From assembly GCA_024137785.1 (NCBI GenBank), contig JAHRHZ010000268.1:8037485-8101484 (forward strand): 64,000 nt of DNA. The letters are read 5' to 3'. The DNA is from Ginglymostoma cirratum. Taxonomy: Eukaryota. Shown in pieces: positions 24,826 to 39,017 of this stretch; the stretch's first letter is position 1, and every line of letters begins with the position of its first letter. The notes below the pieces were generated by a model. It was not told the DNA's origin and searched no databases. It worked only from the letters and a program-made list of their open reading frames with translations. The position numbers were made by a program, and so were the translations under genes.

Positions 24826-26917
24826 CGCTAACCAGAGATGAGAACCTATGGCAGTTTGAAAAAAAGCTAAACGTGTTCCCTTTTCACCCTTCTGTCCTCT
24901 TCAATTGCACTTGTGGATGTCAGTTCGAAAGGCTCCAGCAACTCTATTCAAGTGGGTGTGCCTTAAGTGCTCCCATCCTATTCAACTGTGGGTTGAGCGC
25001 GGAGAGGTCATAGACCCTTATTTCCACACATATGCACGCATACACCTGACGTTCCTGCACACTGATGTTTCAGCACACCAGTGCTTCTGCTCCCTCTGGG
25101 ACCTGAGCTGAAACTGTCTAATTCAATGCAATGCCTGGAATGTAGCCTCCACGATTATGTGACTCAGTCACATACAGTTGCTGCATCACCTTTTTTGAGC
25201 CATGTGTTTGCCTGATTTAATCTGATATTGAATCCCTCCATTAGGTCATTGACCTGTAACCACAATTGGGATCCGATCTTTTCCAAGAGTTGGCAGGAAA
25301 TTATAACAGCAAATGCAAGCATGTGAAATGCTGCAGTCTGTAATTCTAGAACTTAGGAGGAATAGAAGCTTTTTAAGGTTTAAGTAATTGAATTTTCTGT
25401 GCAGACTACTCAACAGTACAATTAGTCAGTGAGATGCCTATGTTGATGGAAGATCATGTAATAACTCGAATTTGCAGCAACAAATTTAGTGCCTGTTTCT
25501 AGCATCTTTTTTTGTTGAAATTTTTAGAACATTTTCACCAATTATTTACTGAAAAGGCTCTCTGTTGGTATTACTGAGTGGAGGTAGAAACGAGACATAC
25601 GATGTGGAATGGAGAAATGAGCCTGTCTTTCTGGTCGTCATGGGGAAGCAGCTGTAGATAATTTTCCTTGTGCTATTGTGTAGGAGATTGAGAAATGCCC
25701 TTTGTGATACATGGAGACTAGGTAGCGCACTGGGCCCTGCACACAAAAGTTGGCCAAAAGACATCACTTCTAACTTATCCCAATTTTATATTATTTTATT
25801 CATTTTGAGATCAAAGTTTGTGGAATTTGAAATGCTCCACAAACCAAAACGTTATGGTCTTTTTTTTCACCACCTACTGTTCTTTGCAGCTTTGTTTTTA
25901 CATAGCGCCTTGTGTTCCTGGTGGACTGCAGGCTTTAATGTAGATGTGGACAAAAGACCTTTATGGTATTGCTTGACAGACTCATAAAGGAGGTTGGTAT
26001 CAATGAGATCAGATGGTGGAGATAAGTAGTGTCTAAATCCACTGGATATGCAGTGGATAGATCGCAAAGATGCGGATAATGTGGATCAAAGGATTTTTAG
26101 TTAAACTGCTTTTATTTGCATTATTTAACATTTCTTTTTTTCATTTTCATTCAGATCGGTGGCTCAGAGTTTTATTGCCAAGTGCAGAAGTGTCTGACAG
26201 TAATATCCCATTACCACTATATGAATGAATCTTGTTCTCTGCTATGTTGTAGATACTGACATTTTCCCTAAGCTGAAACCTTATACAAGCTTTTAAGCAT
26301 ATTTTGCATGAGAGTGAGCTTTGATGTGATTTGACGTGCTGTAAACTTCCCACATGTTTTAACCTGTCTATCTAATAAGTGATGACTCTGTTTTTATGTT
26401 TGATGAAATGTGACCTGCAAATAGGATATTAAGTAATATGATTGAACTTTACCCATTGCTGTACAGGAAATAAATTTGATTAACCCCTTTGCAATTGATA
26501 TGCCTGCATTCTGGCCAATTTTTGAACTAGATGAAAGAGCAAATCTGGAATTAATCTTTAGAAGAGAATATTGTGGCCGTTTACTTTCAGACAACATCAC
26601 ACTAATGCGTTACAGACAAGGTGATGAGGTGTATGAGTTTGACATTGGCCTCTGATCAAGAAGACCTGTTTTAATTTCTGGCCGAATTGAGGGGTCTGAA
26701 CATGAAAGCCAACTATCATGCAGTCAATCCACCTCCCAAATCAATTGCCTGCATTTGGAAATAAAAACCAGTAGCTCTCCCGCTCCCCAGCTCCCTTTAC
26801 TCCTGCCCAAATCTGTTGCTGCAGATGATTAAAATTATTGTGTACATAGAATGGTTGAGAATTCTTCACCTTGCCTTGCAGCCTTCTATCAAGGGACAGA
26901 ACCAGTAGAAAGACTAA

Positions 26918-26952
<35 letters not shown>

Positions 26953-26995
26953 AGTGAGTGAGTGAGAGAGAATGAGTGAGTGAGTGAGAGAGAGA
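26918..26995. repeat. Compound (TG)n/(GAGT)n/(GA)n microsatellite
   Basis: Direct reading. Confidence 0.95.
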
Positions 26996-28819
26996 CTGGG
27001 AAAAATTCTCAGTGAACTCTGAGGGAGAAGGGTTGTGCCAGTGTGAACTGGAAGAGATGGCGATGTGAAGGAGGGGAGTGCCAGTGTGATCTAATACGAG
27101 GAGAAAGAGTTCCATTGTGGTGGGGGCAGGGGATGTTGTAGAGAAACAGATTAGAATAAAAATGTCAACGAGGAAGAGCACTAACAGGGCCAATGTGGAG
27201 ATAAAGGGTGCCCAGGGAAACTGGTGAGGGGTTAAAGGGTCCCAGTGGGACTCATGGGGCGTGTATGATGATGAACTGGAGGGCTATGTGCAACTGAGTG
27301 CCTCTGTGAACTGTAGGGAGAAAGAGAGAAATGTTCTCCCATGTCACTTTGTGACCTACTTAAATTCTGAAACAATATGTGTTTACCAATGTGCTTGTCT
27401 AGGTTACCCATGATTTACCCACAATTCATGAGGGAGGATCCATCCAGATCTTGTCACAACCAATTCTATACCAACAGCTTCATTTATGACAGGCCGGCGC
27501 CCATTGTGATTTCAGTAGGATTTCATGGGCCCTTCATATTCAGGGATCCTGTCTGGAGCTGTCAGATTTTGCATGATCACAAAGTTGCATATGTAGCTGT
27601 AAGAGTTATACATGAGATGCATTTAGACCGTTACAGTCCAGCTTCTAGTGAGCACATGCCCATAGCGGTACATTGCCCTTAATTCAGTACTCACTTTGCA
27701 TAAAACTGGCTACTTCAATTTAGAAGCCACAGAATGGCTGATGCGGAAAATTGAAAATGTCACACTGATACATTAGGGTATGCTGTTCAGAGGCTTGGCT
27801 GAGGCTCGTTATTGAGCAGAGTTGCCAGGGTGGGGAGGTCGTGAGTGAATATACTGTTCCTGACCTGGGAATGCTTGATACTGGCATTGAGCGCTCAAAT
27901 TAATAAAGTATTTTTTTCCTCAGCACTAACCTCACTGGCCTCGATGAGCACAAAGTAATAGTTGGATGCCTTGGGGGTGAATGTTAGTGCGAGGTATGTG
28001 GCTGATTTGAAAGTGTGAACAGAAAAATTGATGAATCAAATAAACGCCTTTTTAAGACAAAAACCTGCAAAAATTCCCCAAGTCCCAAATCATGAAGTCT
28101 TCACAAAACGATGGCTCTGGCCAGACTATTTGGACATCATTCCCCTAGAGCAGAGTGCATTGAGAAATTGCTTTCAAATTATGCCAGAGGTTGCTACATG
28201 ACTCGTGAGTAATATGACATTGTTGCTATTGTCTCAAATTGTGGCCGTCCCCGTTGTGGGTGGTGGGACTTTATGGAATTTGGAACACGCGCACTCAGTA
28301 TTGCTATTCTGTGCATAAGGTTCAGATGCCTGCTTATGTTTTATTTCACACATGGGTAAAGAGGCTCATTGGGTTAAAAAAAAAATGCTTATTTGAGGTG
28401 AGTTTGAAATTCCCAAAGGGGAGCCAAGGGTTTTCATATCATTTTTTTGTGGAGTACTGTAAGGTGTGAGAATGTGACAGTTTGAGAGTGACTTGATGAG
28501 TGATTAATTACATTAGTACAGGAGGGGGCCCTCAGAATGTGATTTGGTGAGTCAATAATCTAGCAAATGCCAACATTTGTTCTTGTAATGCTGATGTACC
28601 ATTTTTACATCATTACCCTCAAAAAATTAGACTTTTTCAGGGAGAATATTCATTTGAAAACCATTATTCAATTCCCAACAGAACGTTAACTGAAAGAAGG
28701 TGCACGCAGTTGTGTTAAGTTACATTGTCATACATAGGTATACCTTCCAGAGATACTATGATGTGTATTTAGTCATCAAGATCCTTTGCGGGATGTGGCA
28801 ATGCTTCTGTTATCCCTCC

Positions 28820-30118
28820 AAATACAAATCATCAGTAAAGTGATGGAAGGTGTGATCAACAGTGCTGTCAAGAAGCACCTTCTCAGCAATAACCTGCTCA
28901 TTGATGCCCAGTTTGGGTTCCACTAGGGCCACTCAGCTCCTGATTCCATTGTAGTCTTGGACAAAAGAGCTAAATACCACACGGTAACAGTCCTCGACAT
29001 CAAGGCGGCATTCAACCAAATGTGGCATCAAGAAGCCCTAGGAAAACCAGAATCAATGAGTATCAGGGACAAACTCTCTGCAGGTTGGAGTCATACCTGG
29101 CACATAGAAAGATGGTTGGGGCTGTTGGAGGTCAGTCATCTCAGCTCCAGTACATCTCTACAGGAGTTCATCAGGGTAATGTCAGAGGCCCAGTCATCTT
29201 CAGCTGCTTCATCACTGATCTTACCTCCATCATGAGATCAAGTGGGGATTTTCACTGATGATTGCACAATGTAAAGCACCATTTGTGACTTCTCAGATAC
29301 TGAAGCAGACCGTGTTCAAAAGCAACAAGATCTGGACAATATCTAGGCTTGGGCTGACAAGTGGCTAATAACATTCACACCACACAAATGCCATCCCTAA
29401 TGAGGACATTGTAAACATCACACCTTGACATTCATTGGTGTTACCATTTCTGAATCCCCCTGCAATCAGCATCATGGGGTTCAACATTGACCAGAAACCC
29501 AACTGGACTCACCATATAACTACAGTGGCTACTAGAGCCGGTCAGGGGCTAGGTGTACTGTGGCGAGTAACTCATGTTCTGACTCCCCAAAGCCTATCCA
29601 CCAACTACAAGGTACAAGTCAGGCATGTGTGACTTGCCTGGATGAGTGGATGAGTGCGGCCCCAACAACGCTCAAGAAGCTTCACATCATCCAGGACAAA
29701 GCAGCCCGCTTGATTGGCACCATGTCCACAAACATCCACTCCCTCCATCGAAGCTGAGTAGCAGCAGTGTGTACTATCTACAAGATGCACTGCAGAAATT
29801 CACCAAAGATCCTTAGACAACACCTTCCAAGCCCATAATGACTTCCATCTCGAAGAACAACTGTAGTAGATACACAGGAACATCACCACATGCAAGTTCA
29901 TCACTAAGCACTCACCATCCTGTCTTGGAAATATATCGCTCTCCCTTCAGTGTCACTGGGTCAAAATCCTGTAATTCCTTTATTAGGGACATTTGGATCA
30001 AGCTACAGCACACAGACTGCTGGTTCAAGAAGGCAGCTCAACACTATGGACAGCTAGGAATAAGCAATAAATACTGACCAGCCAGTAACGTCCACGTCCC
30101 ATGAGTGAATAAAAAAAG
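28820..30118 (+). mobile_element. CR1/L2-group LINE, 5'-truncated RT + 3' UTR, decayed
   Basis: Frames give IISKVMEGVINS..DAQFGF, VLDIKAAFNQMWHQ, GVHQGNVRGPVIFSCFITDL and ttcactgatgat (FTDD, the RT DD motif); A-rich end gaataaaaaaa. Confidence 0.92.
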
Positions 30119-31829
30119 CTAGGTGTGAATAACATGAAACATGAATAACAAGAATCCAACGGCTCTTTATTACACTTGGCTGTTGTATTTAAAAATGACA
30201 TTGACAGGCACATTAGTTCCATGTAAAGGTTAAGCTGTGAGGTTACAGACAGCAAAATACTTTCAATAGCATGTCATGCTTCAGACAGCCTGAGTTAAGA
30301 AGGAGTCTGAGATCTTTATACCCTCAGGTTGGTTACTGAGATACAGTGAAGATGCCATAAGCATGTCTTTCCGAGGTATCCTGACAATGAGATAAAACAC
30401 AACAGTATATTCAAGATCCTGTTTCCTCAGGAAATCTCTGTCGAAATAACCTTGGCTTTTGTCACTGAGCCTGGATCTGAAGAGTGCGAGGGAGTCTGTA
30501 TGTTAGCTGCCAAGAAAGATCCACACTGCACTTCATACCCTTCCTCATTTCTTGTCCAGTTCCCTTGAACATGCATGCAGATATGTGCTGATAGATGAGT
30601 GCCAAATCAAATCATCTGCTGCAATGTGGCAATCCATTGTCCTAGAAAGAAAATGTAACCTCTGGTTTTGAAGAATTTAATAGATTCTGCAAAGAGATCA
30701 GAAATTCCTCACCCAGCAGAGAAAAAGACTCTGAGCTTCACGTTACATCTGGTGAAAAATTCATTGTCGTATCAAAGTAATCAGACTTTTGAACTTTGAG
30801 GTTGAATGACAAAAAGGAAATTCCTTCTCAATATGTCTGATTCAAAACAACCTGCAACATGCTAAGGAAGTGTTTTCAGTCGACCTGTAAAGCTCTAAGG
30901 AGGGCACTAAAACGAAACCTGCAGGGAGAGTGCTTTGGCCTTCTCCTTCGTGTTCTGTTTGCTGCTGGATACCATATGTACAAGGAGGCTATTACCGCCT
31001 TTATCACTCATAAGAGCACAACTAGAATGCATCACCAGTTCCTGAGCATTATGCCTCAATTGGCAGTGAAATATAAACCCAAATCTTCCTGACCAAGCTG
31101 TCATCATATATTATACCATTTTTCATGAGTGCGTGTGTGTGCTTTTAGGTGAAGGTCATTTTAAATAGTGTTGATAAATCTCAACTCAGCTGAAGGGGTC
31201 ATGTGCAGGCAATGGCGTTGCTGCGGAAACTGGTACAAATAGCCATCAACATATGAGTGCACAAGCCTTGCACAGGTGATATTATTATGGATTTATTTGC
31301 CCTCTGCTAGCGATACTTCAGGCAAAGTCCAGAATACATTTTCATTTTTGTTCTGTAAGTACTGGTCATAGGCAAAATCCTGAACTTACCATTGCAGTGA
31401 AATCTGAATCCTGCCTTGTTGTGATCCAGTCTTTACATTCCCCACCACTGACACTGCTGCAGACTTAAAATGCACTGAAGCCTCTTGCACAGAGTCACAC
31501 TGAGCAACAAGGACACTTGTCTGTACAGAGCGAACTGATCTCAGTCGGGTGTTGGTAAAAGCATTATAATTAGCCTTTACATCAGAGTCAGGAGGGAGGA
31601 AACTACTCATACTGCTTGCGTCTCGTTGCTGATTGTTAGCACTTTCCAAGTGAAGCCTGTCTGTTCAACATTATACTCGTTGCCAACAGTGGAAAAAGAG
31701 GCCTATGATCACTTGGTTAAAAGAGTGACTACTTGGGTAAGACATCAAGGGGCAAACTAAAAAGAGGATCAAAAGTCACTACTTATAACAGAGAGAAGCT
31801 GAGTAATACAAAACTGTAAAACTCTACCT

Positions 31830-31990
31830 TCCTATGAGTATTGATGCATTTTAGGTGAAATACATGCAGGAGAAAGGAAGAGTTGTCATGCTGATGGGGT
31901 TAGGCATGTCAAAGGGAAACCTGTGTGGAACATAAACTCTGGCATGAATCAGTTGGGCACAATGACCTGTTTCTGCAGTGTATAATCAAT
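31830..31990 (+). mobile_element. Decayed CR1 3' fragment
   Basis: gatgcattttaggtgaaatac..gcatgaatcagttgggcacaatgacctgtttctgcagtgta. Confidence 0.5.
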
Positions 31991-33059
31991 GCAGTTCCAT
32001 ATATTATTTTGTATTAAACATCCTACATTAAACAAACAGAGGGAATGTTCATCTTCCCTCCCCACTGTCTAGTTCCAGTTGATTTGAGAGTCATTTGATG
32101 AATCTCAGGGTGGGTACATTAGACATTCAGAGACAGCTTTAATCAGCTGTTGTGATGAACTTCCAAGGAAGTTGAGATAATGGCTGACAGATGCTTGATG
32201 CTGCATAAGTGCCTCAACGAGACACTAAAAAACAGCATTTACAAACTTCCCCAAAGTCACAGCATTCCTTCAACCATCACTACAGGTCTTGATGAAGGCA
32301 GTAAAGCAGCCGAGCGATGTCTTTATACCGAAGGTTGGGAATATTTAGAGATTTTTCAGCTATGAGGAAAGCCACAGGGTCAAAATCATTATCTGTCTTT
32401 TCTGAAGGTGGCTTCAAACATATGGAAGATCTTCTGTCACTGACAATTTTTTGTTTTAAAGGCAAGATCTTTTGAGTCTGGCCATCCCTTCTGATGTGAT
32501 ACTGGGCAGAGGGATGGACCATCTGCTGTCTGTTGTTTTAAAAATGCAGCCTGAATTGTAAATGTTATAGATGATGACCCAATTGGAGAGGTTAGACAGT
32601 GTATACTCTGGGGCAGGACCAAGGAGTATTTGCATGATAGTGACAGGTAACATGAACAGTTTCCTGTCTTTTGTCCTATGACCTGCTAATGCTGACACTC
32701 CCAGATTGAGTGACAGATTATGGCGGTCTGAGCTGAGTGACGGAATCTCAAGCAATGTTTGAACAGCGGGTCCTTAAATTACTCTGGCAAAATGACGCTG
32801 GATTTTCATGAGGGCCACTATTGAGCCTGAATTTTGAATAAACCCCATTGTCATTGTTAAGTCTATTACAATGCCGTTAACCTGTATGCTGGCAATGTGC
32901 AGTGCTGGTAGAGTGGTGAAATTTCTCAGTAGCTGTTTTCTTCTTGCAGTTTTTTTTCTCCCTTCATTCCTGATGGTGCTCTTTCTGGAGTTCAGAGGAA
33001 TGAAATGTTTAAAATCCTGCGGGGACTTAATGGATACTTTTGAAGAACAGGAGGTCTCC

Positions 33060-33395
33060 CTTTCAAAATGGGATGAGGGGATTTTTTTTTCTCTCTCAGA
33101 TGATTGTTAATCTGCGGAATTACATTCCCCAGAAAGCAGTGGAAGCTGTGTGTTACATTAATTATTCCAGCCACAGTCTGATAGATGTTTGGTCAACAAG
33201 GATGGAGGTGTTTTGTGTGTGTGTGTGTGTGTGAGTCTGTGTGTGTGTGTGTTGGGGGTGGTGCTGGTGCAGGGTAGTGGATGGGGGCAGTGTATATGAA
33301 AGGAAAGTGCAGTTGAGACAACCACCAGATCAACCGTGAACTTATTGAATGGTGAAGCAGGCTCAAAGGGCTGAATGGCCTACTCCTGCCTCTAA
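33060..33395 (+). mobile_element. CR1 3' fragment interrupted by (TG)n
   Basis: ctctcaga..gaattacattccccagaaagcagtgga..gcaggctcaaagggctgaatggcctactcctgc; (TG)n at about 33214-33252. Confidence 0.8.
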
Positions 33396-33808
33396 GCCAG
33401 AGAAGTACAGTTGCACCATTCAATACTGAACAACCATCCTACAATGCAGACAGAATGCCCTAAAGGAATGCATGGAGTTGTGTCCAGTTTGCATTTTCTA
33501 ATTGTTGCATTTTTCTCTCTTCTCGGTTCCTGATGATGACTGATGTTGCTGATCTTCCACAATGTTGCATGTGTCCTTGCTCACTCATTTCAGGTATGTT
33601 TAATTTAAACTCCATTCCTTTTCTTGAAATCAGTGCTAAGGGGACAGATGCACAAAAAAAAATCTATTTAAAATAAAGGTCTAAAAATAATATTTTAACA
33701 TCACTGTTATCAAATGGTGCAAGGTATCTCAGCAAAACTATGACCTTTCCTCCCCTTGACACCCTCAGCTCTTAATACATGAGTCATGGTTTCTTGGGGG
33801 ATGGATTC

Positions 33809-34230
33809 ATAGAAAAAAATAGGTGCAGGAGCAGGCCATTCAGCCCTTTGAGCCTGCAACACTATTCAATGCAATCACGGCTGATCATGCGATTTCAGTA
33901 CCCCACTCCTGCTTTCTCTCCATACCCCATGATCCCTTTGGCCGCAAGAGCCACAACCAGCTTCCTCTTGAATATATCTAATGAATTGGCCCCAACATCT
34001 TTCTGTGGTAGATAATTCCACAAGTTCCCAACTCTCTGAGTGGAGGAAGTCTAACTCATCTCAGTCCTAAATGGCCTTATCCTTAGACTGTGACTCCTAG
34101 TTGTGGACTTTCCCAACGTTGGGAACATTCATAGTCTGTCCAGTCCCATTAGGATTTTATCCAATCTTTCTTCATATGTCAGACCTGCCATCTCAGAAAT
34201 CAGTCTGGTGAACCTTTGCTGGACTCTCTC
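33809..34230 (-). mobile_element. CR1 LINE 3' fragment
   Basis: ataggtgcaggagcaggccattcagccctttgagcctgc..ggctgatcat..tctctccatacccc.. Confidence 0.88.
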
Positions 34231-35510
34231 TGTTTCCTTCCCACCTCATTCAAGAAACCATTGACTATAAATGAACTATATTGGTGCATGCTGGTTAACC
34301 ATCTAAACATGGGGATGATTGCAGCGCACCAGCACACTCTAACAAGCGTCACTTGTCCCTTCCTAACAAGAGGGGCACTGTGGCATTCAGGTGCAATCCC
34401 TGATTTTTTCCAGCATGGATCAAGGATCAAAACCTGGCACAGTCTTGATGCATAGGGATCAATGCTGAGGGCTTTCCTTTCGAGCAAGAGGGGAATGCCC
34501 AAGGCTTCAGTTGTTTATAAGTTAATTTTAGTTTGGAAAAGTGCCCTTGTATTTATTTGAGAAAAACAACCTTAAGAAACATTCTGCACAGTGTTTTAAG
34601 TACATGGCTTGTTTGGTGTGTGTTATTACTGTGTTTTCAAGAATTTACGTTCATACATGTATTTAATGAAGTCTCTATACGTTTTGATTATAGACTGTGG
34701 GATGAACAAATATTTGTTGCAATATTCCTGGAAGCATGTGCAGGTTTAAATGTTGAAAAAATTTGCCCCTGGTTGTTGTGGACCTTGTTTCTTATTTTAG
34801 CAAGTTCATAATTTGTTATTTCAATTGGAGTTTATTTTCTGGGTCAGCAAATCTAAGGAACAGATGAGCAAAGTGTTCAGTTCTAACAAAACTATCCATG
34901 CTGATATAGCTACAGTCTTTTTATAAGATAGTATCCTTTATCAAAGATGCGTTTTTGATAATGTGGCGTACCGTGAGTGCATTTGATGATTCTGGCGTAA
35001 ATGAGCCTTTTTAGACCAGTATTTGTGTCCCTCAAGTTTCTACTCTGAACTCATTTAGATAATGTTGAACACAAAATCTGCCAAGACCTAGGAATTTGGC
35101 AGCATTTTCAAATGGAATTTTTTAAAAATACTTTGGAAAATAATTTCTTGATATTTTGAACAAGGGAATATGGTGCAGTTTGATCAATACACCTGAAAAT
35201 AGAGTTACTGTAAACAAACACATTTCAAATCACGTCAAATCAATCGATCTACCAACCTAAGCTGATTTTAAATGATACAAAAATTCTTGCATTAATACAA
35301 ATCTTAATCCTAATCTTGACCCTAACCCTAATTGTAAACATATACAGAACCATTTGCTCGTTATGTTGAGGTACAGAAATCAGTTTTTTAGCAAAGGAGA
35401 AAGTGAAATACTTGATGGGAACACATTAGAATCCATTATGTTCTCTGCAGCCTAAAAGAACCAGCTTTATGTTTAGGTACACTCAAGGAACAAGAAAGCT
35501 AGCACAGGAC

Positions 35511-35832
35511 AGGACAGGGTAGATGCAGGGTAGATGTTTCCGATGGTGGGTGTGCCCAGAACCAGGGGTCACAGTATGAGGATTTGGGGGAGGCAATTTA
35601 GGATGGAGATAAGGATGGTGAGCCTATGGAATTCATTACCACAGGAAGTAGTTGATACCAAGACATTGAATGTATTCAAGAGACGACTACATGGCGAATG
35701 GAATCAATGGTTATTGGGAGAAAGCAGAATTAGGCTATTAAAGTTGGACGATCAACCACGATCGTGAAGAATGGTGGAGCAGGCTCAAAGGGTCGAATGG
35801 CCTCCTCCTGCTCCTGTCTTCTATGTTTCTAT
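35511..35832 (+). mobile_element. CR1 LINE 3' fragment
   Basis: MFPMVGVPRTRGHS..VSLWNSLPQEVV..LNVFKRRL (CR1 ORF2 end) and tail aatggcctcctcctgctcctgtcttctatgtttctat. Confidence 0.9.
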
Positions 35833-36500
35833 TGATGTGGGGAAGTGGTCACTGTTATCAGTGTGATAACTTATGTGATAAGTGACCTTCCAGCTCAATG
35901 TTTTTTAAACTGTTACAAAATTCAGTTTCTGCTTAATTTATATAAATAATTCAGTGATCTTTTCCTTGAGTTGCAGTGACTTTGGAGAGATGCACAGTCT
36001 AATTCAGACCTAAATCATTACGAGAAAAAAATCAGTATAAGAAAACAAACCTTGCCCAGCCTCAAATTATTGCTCCAAAGTGAAAATTTTGCCAATCAGT
36101 GGGTCATTTAATTCTCAAGGTCTTCATTTGGCTTCATTCAGAACACAAAGATATACTTTGGGGACAACAAATATCACACGAATACCATAATGTAAATTCA
36201 AGGAGACATTCAAGATGTCTTAAAATGGCTTTTAAATATTATTTTGACAGCAGGACATTAGGATGTTGCTCGATTCACCTCAGGGATTGCAGCTTTCAAA
36301 AGAGTCCTTTACTTTGTTAACTTTTCTGGTGGCTTTTTTCCCTCTGTTCAATCTCATTCTCACCCTTTCTCGTTCGCTTTTGAATATTACACTAACTTCT
36401 CACTCTTTCCCTTTTTCGATCCACTCTAGGAAGGAGAGAGTTATTGAATATTCTCCACCTTAAAATGTTTATCATGTGGTTTAGTTGAAATAGACAAGCA

Positions 36501-36705
36501 AAAAAAACCAACGAATTGCACATGTTGGAAATCAGGAACAAAAACAGAAATTGTTGGAAAAATAAAGCAGCTCCAGCAGCATCTGTGGACAGAAAACGAA
36601 GTTAACATTTCGGTCTAGTGGTCATCCTTCAGAACCGAAGTTCTTGTTCAGCTCTGAAAGAGGGTGACTGGACCCGAAACGTTAACTCTGCCTTCTCTCT
36701 GTAGA
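36501..36705. mobile_element. PLE-derived foldback element with hammerhead-like cores on both strands
   Basis: Arm homologous to 62853-62985; plus-strand ctgaaag-agggtgactggaccc-gaaacgtt at 36654-36683; degenerate minus-strand core at 36601-36632. Confidence 0.8.
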
Positions 36706-38339
36706 TCAGTGATGTTGCTTCTATTTTCGCCTGCTTTTTTTTGTATACTTTTGAGCTGTTCCATTTTATTTTCCTATGAATAAAGGAAGTCATTTCCTGC
36801 AAATTTATGAAGTCCTTGCTATTTCCTTCTTGTTTTCCTACCAAATGTTCGAAGAAAATTCAATGCTATAATAGCTACTTTAAGTGGAGGGCACAAGAGG
36901 GAACTCAATCTGAATCCGGATATAGTCATTAATCATGGATGTAATATTACATTAAAAAGAAAATTAAATTAAAATTAGAAGAGAAGTAAGTTTTTCATGA
37001 AATAAAAAAAATTTCCATTCAAATCCATTCGCAAAGTTTGCATCATTTGGATCATAATTGTGAAAATAGCCCAGTGATTGAATGCACTAAAACTTAGTGA
37101 ACAAAGGAGATCACTGCTCTCAGCATTTAGAAGCCTTTAAGAATACTCTTGACTGCCTCAACTTCTGTAAACAAGTTCTACATTGTTAGGCATTGCCATT
37201 GTGGCCTTGCTTCAGGTTTGAAGTTACATTCCAGTCACACAATGGAAGATTGGTCGTGATACTCACAGGTAAGTACAAAGTCACTTTCAAGTGGGAAAGA
37301 ACAAAGCTGTCTAGTTCCATGTAGAACCACGTTGGTACCCTCGTAGAAACAAAATACTGTGGATGCCAGAAATTTCACAACAATAACAGAAAATGCTGGA
37401 AATGCAGCAATTGCGGGGAGAGGAACAGAATTCATGTTTCAAGTCAATTTCCTGTATTTAATTAATGAATTACTCTTTTTAATGTTTGGGTCTGTGCTGT
37501 GGCATAAAAATGACCATGTATTCTATGTGTTGGCTGGCCATTTGTTCTGGAAGGTTTTGTTGTTCTGTACAGCAGATTGAAAATCAATTGGAGACAGCTG
37601 GCAAAAAGTCTGATCTATGTTCAATCCTAGAAATAATACTGGAAATATTCAGCAGGTCAGGACAGCATCTGCGTGGAGTGAAATTGAGTTAATTCCATTT
37701 GTACCGCATTGTAGAATTGAAAATTATCAGATGGGCCCTGTGACAAAATCAAAGGAATTAAAAGAATCATTGATTCCTTTTTTTTAACTGTAAGTCATAT
37801 AATAAGAGTCCACAAGTTCCAAATGTTATTCCTTTATCTTCCTTGAAGCTAGAAACTGGTTTTGTTCAAAATTGTGGTGCTTCTACAGGCGGCAGTGGCT
37901 ACTGATCTGAGATAGCTTTTCCATCGCCTTTCAGTTGTAGCGAAGGACTCTCAGTCGTAGTCATTACCAACAGTTCTGTTGTAATTTAATTTAATTTGAT
38001 TCAATTTGTTTAATTTAATGTACATAACAGTAACTAATTGGCATAGACATTGGCTTGGAGATTGTGTTGATGCAAGATAGATGATGATCCAAACCCTTGC
38101 TTGTCCCTGCTGCATCCACTTCATGACTTGATAAATGAACAGTTCAGGTTCAGTGGTGTGTTGGGATAGCAGATATCCAGGAGGCTCAAAAGTGATCATT
38201 GCAGATGGGTTTAGGTATGCTTTAAGATTAAATTATACAGCGTGTGGTAACTGTTTTGATGGCATGGCATCAATTTGACGAGCTAATAGGCATGCAAATA
38301 TAGGCTACCCTCCAGCAATTTGAGAATACCATCTAGCCT

Positions 38340-38680
38340 AATTCTCCAGTACAACACTGAGGGAATGCTGCTTTGGCGGAAATGCCATGTTTCACATGAT
38401 GCTCCATCTGCCCTCTTAGATGATATCAGAATACTATTTGAAGGACAGGAGAGTTCCCCAATGTTCTGGCCAATATTTATCCCTCAATTAGAACCACAAG
38501 AGCCAGCTGATCCTCTCATTTATTTCATTGTGTATTTTGGCAACTTATTGTACACATAATTGCTGTTGCATTTCCAATGTTCAACTGTGAATAGACCTCA
38601 CAGGTATTTTGTAGGTTGTAAAGTGCTGTGGGATGATGTGAGGTCACAAAAAGTCTGACATAAATTCAAGTCTTTCTTTT
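38340..38680 (+). mobile_element. DeuSINE/SacSINE1-like SINE
   Basis: cactgagggaatgctgc..ccatctgccctc..ctggccaatatttatccctcaa..gtaaagtgctgtggga..aagtctttctttt. Confidence 0.8.
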
Positions 38681-38699
38681 CACCAATGTTGTAGTGAAT

Positions 38700-39000
38700 A
38701 TAATAATGTCCAAAGTGCTTTTCAGGAGTGTTACCAAACAAAATGTGGCACTGAGCCATTGAGGTCAATGTTAGAGCAGATGAGCAAATGTTTGTTCAAA
38801 TGGGTCGGCTTTAACAAATGACTTAAAGGTGTGACCTTTATTGGTTGGGGTTTTCCCAAGCTTGGAATCAAGGCAGCCGAAAGCATGGCCTTCATTGGCG
38901 GGGCATTTAAAATGGAGAATGCTCAAAAGACCCGATCTCGAGGAGACCAGATGTCTGGGGTGATGTAGGCCTGGAGGAGGTGACAGAGATAGCAAAGGAC
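38700..39000 (-). mobile_element. L2 LINE 3' fragment
   Basis: aaagtgcttttcaggagtgttaccaaacaaaatgtggcactgagcc.. resembles the reverse complement of the L2 tail at 45900-46160. Confidence 0.55.
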
Positions 39001-39017
39001 ATGGTCACAGAGGGGAT

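Noticed and set aside
26741-27193. 150-aa ORF with an HT repeat
   Set aside because: The frame is kept open by a microsatellite and low-complexity sequence.
35300-35332. Interstitial telomeric repeat
   Set aside because: Only two exact CCCTAA units within a degenerate hexamer run.
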